Origin: a virus
Taxonomy: Duplodnaviria > Heunggongvirae > Uroviricota > Caudoviricetes
Virus record (IMG/VR): IMGVR_UViG_2778261637_000011
Direction: 5' to 3' (one strand)
DNA length: 6,150 bases
This document shows positions 1 through 6,150 of this stretch, one piece after another; the stretch's first letter is position 1; the number at the start of each line of letters is the position of its first letter. Below the pieces are notes generated by a model. The model saw only the letters and a program-made list of their open reading frames with translations. It did not search any database and was not told the DNA's origin. A program made the translations under genes and the position numbers.

Positions 1-84
1 AATGACTGGTATCCCACAGCAAGTATCAGCGATTTGCTGGTTGTGGTGATGAAGAAAGCCACCGCAGGCATCAGTATCAGCTGA
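1..84 (+). CDS. 3' end of a tail tip / host specificity protein (J-like), partial; N-terminus lies upstream of the window
   Basis: Frame 1 is open from position 1 to TGA at 82-84 (NDWYPTASISDLLVVVMKKATAGISIS*). It sits about 68 bp upstream of lom, which is the position of J in lambda-like gene order. Identity is inferred from synteny only; the fragment is too short to judge independently. Confidence 0.45.
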   Translation, partial: NDWYPTASISDLLVVVMKKATAGISIS

Positions 85-102
85 ATTTTATAACCCCAAT
101 AC

Positions 103-127
103 GGGCGTCAGAAATGACGCCTTTTTT
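103..127 (+). terminator. Rho-independent terminator candidate after the J-like gene
   Basis: Seen directly: 7-bp stem ggcgtca (104-110) pairing with tgacgcc (115-121), loop gaaa, followed by a run of six T (122-127). Confidence 0.55.
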
Positions 128-151
128 ATTGCAGAAAAGCGAGAGGTAATT

Positions 152-751
152 ATGCGTAAATTATGTGCTGTTATTCTGTCCGCAGTAGTCTGGCTGGTTG
201 CTGCTGGTACGCCAGCGAGCGCAGCAGAGCATCAGTCCACACTAAGCGCCGGGTATCTTCAGACCCATACTGATATGCCCGGCAACGATGACCTGAAGGG
301 CATTAACGTGAAATACCGTTATGAATTTACGGACACGCTGGGGCTGGTGACGTCATTCAGTTATGCCAATGCCAAAGATGAGCAAAAAACGCATTACAGC
401 GATACCCGCTGGCATGAAGATTCAGTGCGTAACCGCTGGTTCAGCATGATGGCGGGGCCGTCTGTACGCGTGAATGAATGGTTCAGTGCTTATGCGATGG
501 CAGGTGTGGCTTACAGCCGTGTTTCGACTTTTTCCGGGGATTATCTCCGCGTAACTGACAGCAAGGGGAAAACGCACGATGTGCTGACCGGAAGTGATGA
601 CGGTCGCCACAGCAACACGTCTCTGGCGTGGGGGGCTGGCGTGCAGTTTAACCCGACCGAATCCGTGGCCATTGATATTGCTTATGAAGGCTCCGGCAGT
701 GGTGACTGGCGCACTGACGGTTTCATCGTGGGTGTCGGTTATAAATTCTGA
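152..751 (+). CDS. lom: Lom outer membrane protein (Ail/Lom family beta-barrel)
   Basis: 199-aa ORF. RBS gagagg (141-146) lies 5 nt before ATG 152. N-terminus looks like a signal peptide (hydrophobic core, ASA-AE cleavage motif). The C-terminal segment YEGSGSGDWRTDGFIVGVGYKF and internal motifs (KGINVKYRYE, SAYAMAGVA) match phage lambda Lom as I recall it. Ends in aromatic F, typical of outer membrane beta-barrels. Confidence 0.93.
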   Translation: MRKLCAVILSAVVWLVAAGTPASAAEHQSTLSAGYLQTHTDMPGNDDLKGINVKYRYEFTDTLGLVTSFSYANAKDEQKTHYSDTRWHEDSVRNRWFSMMAGPSVRVNEWFSAYAMAGVAYSRVSTFSGDYLRVTDSKGKTHDVLTGSDDGRHSNTSLAWGAGVQFNPTESVAIDIAYEGSGSGDWRTDGFIVGVGYKF

Positions 752-777
752 TTAGCCAGGTAACACAGTGTTATGAC

Positions 778-804
778 AGCCCGCCGGTTCAGGCGGGCTT
801 TTTT
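778..804 (+). terminator. Rho-independent terminator candidate after lom
   Basis: Seen directly: 8-bp stem agcccgcc (778-785) pairing with ggcgggct (792-799), loop ggttca, followed by a T run through 804. Confidence 0.6.
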
Positions 805-815
805 GTGGAGTGGAT

Positions 816-3143
816 ATGGCAGCAGTAAAAATCTCAGGTGTGCTGAAAGATTGTGCGGGAAAACCAATACAGAACTGCACTATTCAACTGAAGGCAAAGC
901 GTAACAGCACCACGGTACTGGTGAACACGGTGGCCTCTGAAAATCCGGATGAAGCCGGGCGTTACAGCATGGATGTTGAGCATGGCCAGTACAGCGTCAT
1001 CCTGCTGGTTGAAGGTTTTCCGCCTTCACATGCCGGGACCATTACCGTCTATGAAGGCTCCAGACCAGGTACGCTGAATGATTTTCTCGGTGCCATGACG
1101 GAAGATGATGTCATGCCGGAGGCATTGCGTCGTTTTGAGGCAATGGTGGAAGAAGTGGCACGCAACGCCGAAGCCGCCTCTCAGAGCGCAGCGGCGGCAA
1201 AGAAATCCGAAACTGCAGCGGCATCATCGAAGAACGCGGCGAAAACCTCAGAAACGAATGCAGCTAATAGTGCACAGGCGGCAGCGACCTCAAAGACTGC
1301 ATCGGCAAACTCCGCGACAGCAGCCAAAAAATCAGAAACCAACGCGAAAAATAGCGAGACAGCCGCAAAGACGAGCGAAACCAACGCAAAGTCCAGCCAG
1401 ACGGCAGCGAAAACCAGCGAAACGAATGCCAAAGCCAGTGAAACTGCGGCAAAAAACAGCCAGGTTGCAGCAGCCCAAAGCGAGAGCGCGGCAGCCGGTT
1501 CTGCGACTTCAGCAGCTGGATCAGCAACTGCTGCGGCTAACAGCCAGAAAGCTGCGAAGACGAGTGAAACTAACGCAAAGTCCAGCCAGACGGCAGCGAA
1601 GACCAGCGAAACGAATGCCAAAGCCAGTGAAACTGCGGCGAAAAGCAGTCAGGATGCAGCGGCCCAAAGCGAGAGTGCCGCAGCCAGTTCTGCAAGCGCG
1701 GCGGCTGCTTCTGCCACTGCATCAGCTAACAGTCAAAAAGCAGCAAAAACCAGTGAAACCAACGCAAAGGTGAGCGAAACAGCGGCTGCGAACTCAGCGA
1801 AAGCATCGGCAGCAAGCCAGGCTGCGGAGCCGTATAAATATGTCTTACAGCCGCTGCCTGATGTGTGGATACCATTTAACGATTCGCTGGATATGATTAC
1901 GGGCTTTTCGCCATCATATAAAAAAATTGTTATTGGTGACGATGAAATAACGATGCCTGGCGACAAGATTGTTAAGTTTAAACGTGCATCGAAAGCAACC
2001 TATATTAACAAATCTGGTGTGCTGACAGAGGCTGCCATTGACGAGCCACGATTTGAACGTGATGGCCTGCTTATTGAGGGGCAAAGAACAAACTACATGC
2101 TCAATTCGGAAAGCCCTGCCAGTTGGGGGCGATCGTCAAATATGGATGTGCCCGAAACAGGGACGGATAATTTTGGTTTTACCTATGGAAAGTTTGTCTG
2201 CAACGATTCTCTGATTGGGCAAACCTCAGCCATTAATATGGCATCAATTGCTGCAACAAAGTCAGTTGATGTCTCAGGCGATAATAAACACGTGACAACC
2301 TCATGTCGTTTTAAAACAGAACTGCAGGTAAGGTTGCGTATCCGGTTTGATAAATATGACGGTAGCGCAACAACTTTTCTTGGTGATGCGTATATTGATA
2401 CACAAACGCTTGAAATTAATATGACAGGCGGTGCTGCCTCAAGGATTACAGCGAGAGTCAGAAAGGACGAAGCTACCGGATGGATTTTTGCAGAGGCAAC
2501 AATTCAGGCAATTGATGGGGAGTTAAAAATAGGCTCTCAGATACAGTATTCTCCTAAGCAGAGCGGGGCAACCGTATCTGGTGACTATATTTATCTGGCC
2601 ACCCCACAAGTAGAAGATGGGCCTTGTGTATCATCTTTTATTATATCAGGAGCGACGGCGGCGACCCGCGCAAGCGATATAGTTACAGTTCCAATTAAGA
2701 ATAATCTTTATAATCTTCCTTTTACGGTTCTTTGTGAGGTACATAAGAACTGGTATAAAACGCCAAATGCAGCGCCACGTGTTTTTGATACCGGCGGTCA
2801 TCAAACCGGAGCGGCTATTATTCTTGGCTTCGGTCGTTCAACAGATTACGACGGATTTCCTTATTGCGATATTGGAGGAGCTAACAGACGGGTAAACGAA
2901 AACGCATCGCTTGAAAAAATGGTTATGGGGATGCGTGTAAAGTCAGAGCAGTCTACGTGCTCAGTAAGTAACGGGCATATATCCAGCGAAACAAAAACCA
3001 CATGGTCCTGTATTCAGAACACCGCAATTATCCGTATTGGAGGCCAGACTACAGCCGGGTTACGTCATTTATTTGGTCATGTCAGGAATTTCAGAATATG
3101 GCACAAGGCATTGACTGATGCTCAGGTGGGGGAGTCAATCTAA
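816..3143 (+). CDS. stf: Side tail fiber protein, mosaic: lambda Stf-like N-terminus, repetitive shaft, divergent C-terminal putative receptor-binding domain
   Basis: RBS ggag (807-810) lies 5 nt before ATG 816; the ORF track begins at an in-frame GTG at 810. The N-terminal ~110 aa (MAAVKISGVLKD...GQYSVIL...GFPPSHAGTITVYE...GTLNDFL...AMVEEVARNA) closely resemble lambda Stf from memory. Residues ~120-340 are AAKTSETNAK-type tail fiber repeats. The C-terminal ~430 aa are lower in GC and end in ...FGHVRNFRIWHKALTDAQVGESI, which resembles the terminal motif of LamG/ConA-like jelly-roll domains. Confidence 0.88.
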   Translation: MAAVKISGVLKDCAGKPIQNCTIQLKAKRNSTTVLVNTVASENPDEAGRYSMDVEHGQYSVILLVEGFPPSHAGTITVYEGSRPGTLNDFLGAMTEDDVMPEALRRFEAMVEEVARNAEAASQSAAAAKKSETAAASSKNAAKTSETNAANSAQAAATSKTASANSATAAKKSETNAKNSETAAKTSETNAKSSQTAAKTSETNAKASETAAKNSQVAAAQSESAAAGSATSAAGSATAAANSQKAAKTSETNAKSSQTAAKTSETNAKASETAAKSSQDAAAQSESAAASSASAAAASATASANSQKAAKTSETNAKVSETAAANSAKASAASQAAEPYKYVLQPLPDVWIPFNDSLDMITGFSPSYKKIVIGDDEITMPGDKIVKFKRASKATYINKSGVLTEAAIDEPRFERDGLLIEGQRTNYMLNSESPASWGRSSNMDVPETGTDNFGFTYGKFVCNDSLIGQTSAINMASIAATKSVDVSGDNKHVTTSCRFKTELQVRLRIRFDKYDGSATTFLGDAYIDTQTLEINMTGGAASRITARVRKDEATGWIFAEATIQAIDGELKIGSQIQYSPKQSGATVSGDYIYLATPQVEDGPCVSSFIISGATAATRASDIVTVPIKNNLYNLPFTVLCEVHKNWYKTPNAAPRVFDTGGHQTGAAIILGFGRSTDYDGFPYCDIGGANRRVNENASLEKMVMGMRVKSEQSTCSVSNGHISSETKTTWSCIQNTAIIRIGGQTTAGLRHLFGHVRNFRIWHKALTDAQVGESI
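1190..1800 (+). repeat. In-frame repetitive region inside stf, including a 189-bp tandem duplication (copy 1 1362-1550, copy 2 1551-1739, partial third copy from 1740)
   Basis: Seen directly: the string gtccagccagacggcagcga recurs at 1391 and 1580, a 189-bp period, with near-identical flanks. A nested periodicity of about 42 bp encodes TAAKTSETNAKxSx units. Confidence 0.8.
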
Positions 3144-3424
3144 TGAAAGATTTAACACTCAAATTTGCCGACAGGGCCGACTTTTCGGCCTTTATGGAGA
3201 GTATTGGCTATTATGATGACGAGTCGATGCAGGATGATATTCTTATTGACGTGATAGGTAACGTGTACAAAGAAACCGGAGAACTGACTGAAGATGGCGA
3301 ACCGGTATGTGTTAAGGAAGACGGATATTTTGTAAACGTGCGCATCATTAATGATTCGCAAATATCGTCATTATTCGATGAATACGTGGTTGCTGTTGAG
3401 CATCAACTTCGTGGCTGGATGTGA
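3143..3424 (+). CDS. Hypothetical small acidic protein (93 aa) translationally coupled to stf; possible fiber assembly factor or adaptor
   Basis: ATG at 3143-3145 overlaps the stf stop TAA (3141-3143) by 1 nt (TAATG). A G-rich Shine-Dalgarno-like stretch ggggag (3129-3134) lies upstream. The protein is D/E-rich with no obvious transmembrane segment. I do not recognise the family. Confidence 0.6.
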   Translation: MKDLTLKFADRADFSAFMESIGYYDDESMQDDILIDVIGNVYKETGELTEDGEPVCVKEDGYFVNVRIINDSQISSLFDEYVVAVEHQLRGWM

Positions 3425-3433
3425 GGAAGAAAA

Positions 3434-4474
3434 ATGGCTACATCGACAGTAATTCCTGATGACATCAAAACGCTAAAATCCGACGTTAGCAAATTAAAAA
3501 ACGATCAAGGAAGCTACGCAACAAAATTATATGTAGACAGCAAAGATGAAATCGTTGGTGACTGGTCTGCTTCATGGTATCAGCAGGTATTGCCAACTAG
3601 CGGAGCTATATTTGGGAGAAAACTCCGCTCAACTCACAGGACGGCAGGTGTTGAGGATGCGTATTGCGAACTATACCTCAAAAAATGGATAGACAGTCCA
3701 GGTAACGCAATGGCGCGCCTTAACCTGAACGATAACGGGACAAACATTTGCTGGGACTTTACCAACCTTTATGGCGGTACGATGATTTTTCCCGGTGACA
3801 GCGGATACCTCAAAATGGGTAACTGCCTTATGTCATACAGCAAGCGTGGAAGTAACGCGCTTATTAAATTTGATTACACCGACACATTACAGATCAAATA
3901 TGCCAATCATGGGTCAACCATGACATTAAACACACAGGGAACCGCTTATGCTGGTGTTACTGCTCAATTGTGGGGCAACTCCAGCCGTCCTGTTGTTTAT
4001 GAAGTCGGTGTTGATGGTGGCGCTTATATGTTCTATGCGCAGAAAAATACCGATAACACCTATATGTTAAGCGTTAATGGTGCATGTCATGCCACCGCAT
4101 TTAACCAGCATTCCGACCGGGATCTGAAAGACAACATTCAGGTGATCGATAATGCAACCGACCGCATCCGTAAAATGAACGGCTATACATACACGCTTAA
4201 AGAAAACGGTATGCCCTATGCTGGTGTCATTGCACAGGAAGCTCTGGAAGCAATCCCAGAAGCTGTAGGTTCCGCAATGAAATATCAGGACGGTGCAAGC
4301 GGATCGGAAGGTGAAGAAGGTGAACGTTATTACACAGTAGATTATTCTGGTGTTACTGGCTTGCTTGTTCAGGTAGCCAGAGAGTCAGACGACAGAATAA
4401 CAGCACTGGAAGAAGAAAATGCAGAATTAAAACAAAGATTATCTGCAATTGAGGCGACGCTTGCGTCTAAATAA
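3434..4474 (+). CDS. Tail fiber / tailspike-like protein with C-terminal peptidase S74 intramolecular chaperone domain
   Basis: RBS gagga (3423-3427) overlaps the upstream stop, 6 nt before ATG 3434. The C-terminal ~120 aa carry the hallmark S74 motifs: S227-DRDLKDNI, GVIAQEALEAIPEAV, YYTVDYSGVTGLLVQVARE and a terminal coiled-coil ITALEEENAELKQRLSAIE, as in endosialidase and T5 L-shaped fiber chaperone domains. Confidence 0.85.
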   Translation: MATSTVIPDDIKTLKSDVSKLKNDQGSYATKLYVDSKDEIVGDWSASWYQQVLPTSGAIFGRKLRSTHRTAGVEDAYCELYLKKWIDSPGNAMARLNLNDNGTNICWDFTNLYGGTMIFPGDSGYLKMGNCLMSYSKRGSNALIKFDYTDTLQIKYANHGSTMTLNTQGTAYAGVTAQLWGNSSRPVVYEVGVDGGAYMFYAQKNTDNTYMLSVNGACHATAFNQHSDRDLKDNIQVIDNATDRIRKMNGYTYTLKENGMPYAGVIAQEALEAIPEAVGSAMKYQDGASGSEGEEGERYYTVDYSGVTGLLVQVARESDDRITALEEENAELKQRLSAIEATLASK

Positions 4475-4480
4475 TATTAA

Positions 4481-4500
4481 GGGGCCGAGCGCCCCGTTTT
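4481..4500 (+). terminator. Rho-independent terminator candidate after the fiber module
   Basis: Seen directly: GC-only 5-bp stem ggggc (4481-4485) pairing with gcccc (4491-4495), loop cgagc, then tttt (4497-4500). It starts 7 nt after the stop codon at 4472-4474. Confidence 0.5.
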
Positions 4501-4516
4501 ATTGGGTAGGATGAAA

Positions 4517-4810
4517 ATGGATATAACACCTTTCCTTCATGCACTTTGTGCTGTGGCTGCGCAGGTACTGGTTGGTCTTTTTACCGGAAACTGGGCTTAC
4601 GGGGCGATAGCCGGTTGTACGTTCTTCATTGCTCGTGAACATACCCAGGCAGAATATCGCTGGATTGAAATGTTCGGGCATGGCAAGCGTATGAATATGC
4701 CGTGGTGGGGTGGTTTTGATCCGCGCGTGTGGGATGTGGCAAGCCTGATGGATTTTTCTGTGCCGGTGGTGGCTTGTCTGCTGGTCTGGCTGTTGGTTAA
4801 TCGTGGGTGA
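4517..4810 (+). CDS. Hypothetical small membrane protein (about 98-102 aa), candidate prophage accessory gene
   Basis: ORF is open from 4502 (TTG) to TGA at 4808-4810. The most plausible start is ATG 4517, with agga (4508-4511) 5 nt upstream; ATG 4511 is an alternative. Two hydrophobic stretches (LHALCAVAAQVLVGLFTGNWAYGAIAGCTFFIA and VPVVACLLVWLLV) suggest two transmembrane helices. The overlapping antisense ORF (4499-4984) has a His/Arg/Pro-rich composition that does not look protein-like. Confidence 0.5.
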   Translation: MDITPFLHALCAVAAQVLVGLFTGNWAYGAIAGCTFFIAREHTQAEYRWIEMFGHGKRMNMPWWGGFDPRVWDVASLMDFSVPVVACLLVWLLVNRG

Positions 4811-5273
4811 AAAAGGGAGTTGTAAACGCAACACAGGAAGAGGTGCCGCTTCAGGTTGCTGGGAATAAGCGCCGGGGTCTGTTAAATCATGCCAATACGC
4901 TAATCGAGCCAGATATTGAGTAGCCTGCAGTCCGTCATGGCGTAATCGTTTTGTGATATGCTGCACGCCGTATGCAAGGAGCATGATTGCGCTCGGCTGG
5001 CGAGCGCTCGATAGTGCTACTATTGAATGATTGCTAGTCTAGGCGGATTGTACTTAAGTAATATGACGGTTCAAGGCGTTTAATCTGAAACCAGCCACAT
5101 ATTAGCCTTTTCAAACATTTCCTGAACACTCAGGCTTACCTGCTCTTTCTCGTGCTTGCTGGCATTTGTGTTGAGCGCCGGTGAATACTCTTACTCAACA
5201 CTCCCAGAATTATATCTGTTGCATCAGGCAGACCATCAAAATTCTTTTGTCATAAACGAGTTCCACGAATAAT

Positions 5274-5292
5274 GTGCCCTATGGTAGGGCAC
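5274..5292 (-). terminator. Perfect 8-bp inverted repeat downstream of the minus-strand cargo gene; possible terminator or operator
   Basis: Seen directly: gtgcccta (5274-5281) and tagggcac (5285-5292) around loop tgg, about 65 bp past the stop of the minus-strand ORF. The flanks are AT-rich but carry no clean U-tract. Confidence 0.3.
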
Positions 5293-5355
5293 TATTGATA
5301 TGAATGAGTAGCTAAAAAGATTTTTCGTTATGTATTAATGTATCTGTCACTTATT

Positions 5356-6150
5356 TTATAGTAAAGATGATATGCCAGCAAGAAATGGAGTAAATACTGT
5401 AATGTGTGCAGATACATTATTAATAAAGTCCTTATATGCTTCTTTAAAACAGCCGCTTTGGTGACTGGCTGCCAGTGCCTGTACATTATCTATAAGGTGT
5501 GATTCTGTCGCGCCATCAAAGTTTTTCGATTTTATTGCCTCAATCATTTCATTAAATATTGTGGGCTCATTATAATTTGTCGTAGTAGTTGCCGTAGCAC
5601 CTGAAGAATGTATATTGATACTAGAACCGGAAATTCCACTGACATGAATATTAGCTTCTTGTTTCATAAGAGGTAAACCATTCTCCATCTTGTATAGGTC
5701 ACTATCTTGTAGCATCTGCAATGTGATACGTACTGCTGCTAATAGTTGTTCTTGCTTTTTGAATAAGGAACACATCTGTTCTACAGACCAAAGCTGAACT
5801 GCATTTTCTTCGCATGTTTTTTTAGCTATATTTGGCACTTCCGAATCATAATTACCATAAACCCAAGTGTCCTTGAATCTTTCGATAATAGCTGTCAACG
5901 TTGGAAATTTACTGAAATCACTATTAATGGATAGTAACTCATCAGACATATAAAGTGCCATATCTCTGCCTTCCGCATATACTGCTTCCACTTTATTCCG
6001 TGTTGCAAATGGTATTCTTGAAATAAAACGAAAATCCTCTTCATTTTTTAAATGGACCCAGTCTTTATCAAAACGGCTAAATTCGTACCCTATCGATAAC
6101 AGTCTACTTATATATTGGGCTACTGATTCCAAATCTTTTCTTATGTCCAA
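5356..6150 (-). CDS. Hypothetical protein, AT-rich cargo gene, 5'-truncated by the window edge (C-terminal 264 aa visible)
   Basis: A 795-nt open frame on the minus strand with stop TAA at 5356-5358 (tta on +). The M at 6150 in the ORF track is a TTG at the window edge, so the true start is beyond 6150. Sampled 60-nt lines give about 32-42% G+C versus about 63% in lom. I recognise no confident family from the visible residues. Confidence 0.6.
   Translation of the reverse strand: MDIRKDLESVAQYISRLLSIGYEFSRFDKDWVHLKNEEDFRFISRIPFATRNKVEAVYAEGRDMALYMSDELLSINSDFSKFPTLTAIIERFKDTWVYGNYDSEVPNIAKKTCEENAVQLWSVEQMCSLFKKQEQLLAAVRITLQMLQDSDLYKMENGLPLMKQEANIHVSGISGSSINIHSSGATATTTTNYNEPTIFNEMIEAIKSKNFDGATESHLIDNVQALAASHQSGCFKEAYKDFINNVSAHITVFTPFLAGISSLL

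Noticed and set aside
422-610. 62-aa antisense ORF inside lom
   Set aside because: It is fully embedded in the well-supported lom coding sequence and has no independent support.
1181-1621. 146-aa antisense ORF (Ala/Phe/Val-rich) opposite the stf repeats
   Set aside because: It is the antisense of GCN/GCA-rich repeat codons, so the open frame is expected by chance. The same applies to the overlapping antisense ORFs 1264-1527 and 1733-1966.
1105-1773. 222-aa ORF in an alternative + frame across the stf repeat region, extremely Arg/Gln/Lys/Pro-rich
   Set aside because: It lies wholly inside stf in another frame. Its composition is a by-product of the GC-rich low-complexity repeat DNA, and it has no RBS or start context.
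3152-3361. 69-aa antisense ORF inside the 93-aa gene
   Set aside because: AT-rich DNA yields chance antisense frames. The + strand ORF has the RBS and the translational coupling to stf, so it is favoured.
3143-4474. A canonical tail fiber assembly gene (tfa) downstream of stf
   Set aside because: Neither downstream protein resembles lambda Tfa as I recall it in size or sequence, so I did not label either as tfa.
4499-4984. 161-aa minus-strand ORF overlapping the small membrane protein gene
   Set aside because: Its His/Arg/Pro/Thr-rich composition is not protein-like and it has no clear RBS, whereas the + strand ORF encodes plausible transmembrane helices. The first ~40 codons (4862-4984) could still be a gene remnant; I could not confirm this.
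4811-5355. Possible tRNA gene or att site marking the prophage end
   Set aside because: I could not find a convincing cloverleaf (acceptor stem plus T-arm GTTC-type motif) or a clear direct repeat by eye. This needs a tRNA scanner and comparison with the opposite prophage junction.
1-6150. CRISPR array, IS element or invertible fiber segment with a Pin/Gin-type recombinase
   Set aside because: There are no regularly spaced direct repeats with unique spacers, no transposase-like ORF or terminal inverted repeats, and no recombinase gene or gix-like crossover sites. The only repeats are the in-frame fiber shaft repeats.

Overview
This window reads as the distal end of a lambda-like prophage tail gene cluster followed by a compositionally distinct cargo region. 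From left to right on the + strand: the last 27 codons of a J-like tail tip gene (1-84), a terminator, lom (152-751, C-terminus matches phage lambda Lom as I recall it), a second terminator, then a side tail fiber gene (816-3143) with a lambda Stf-like N-terminus, a repetitive Ala/Ser/Thr/Lys-rich shaft and a divergent, lower-GC C-terminal domain. Instead of a canonical tfa, the fiber gene is followed by two tightly coupled genes: a 93-aa acidic protein (3143-3424) and a 346-aa protein (3434-4474) ending in a peptidase S74-type intramolecular chaperone domain. After a third terminator come a small putative membrane protein gene (4517-4810), about 550 bp without convincing ORFs, and an AT-rich minus-strand gene (5356-6150) that runs off the window edge. 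The most interesting candidates are the non-canonical fiber module (stf plus orf93 plus S74 protein) and the AT-rich cargo gene in the position where lambdoid prophages usually carry morons. No rRNA, tRNA, CRISPR array or recognisable IS element was seen. All homology statements are from memory of protein families, not from a database search, and GC values are hand counts of sampled 60-nt lines.
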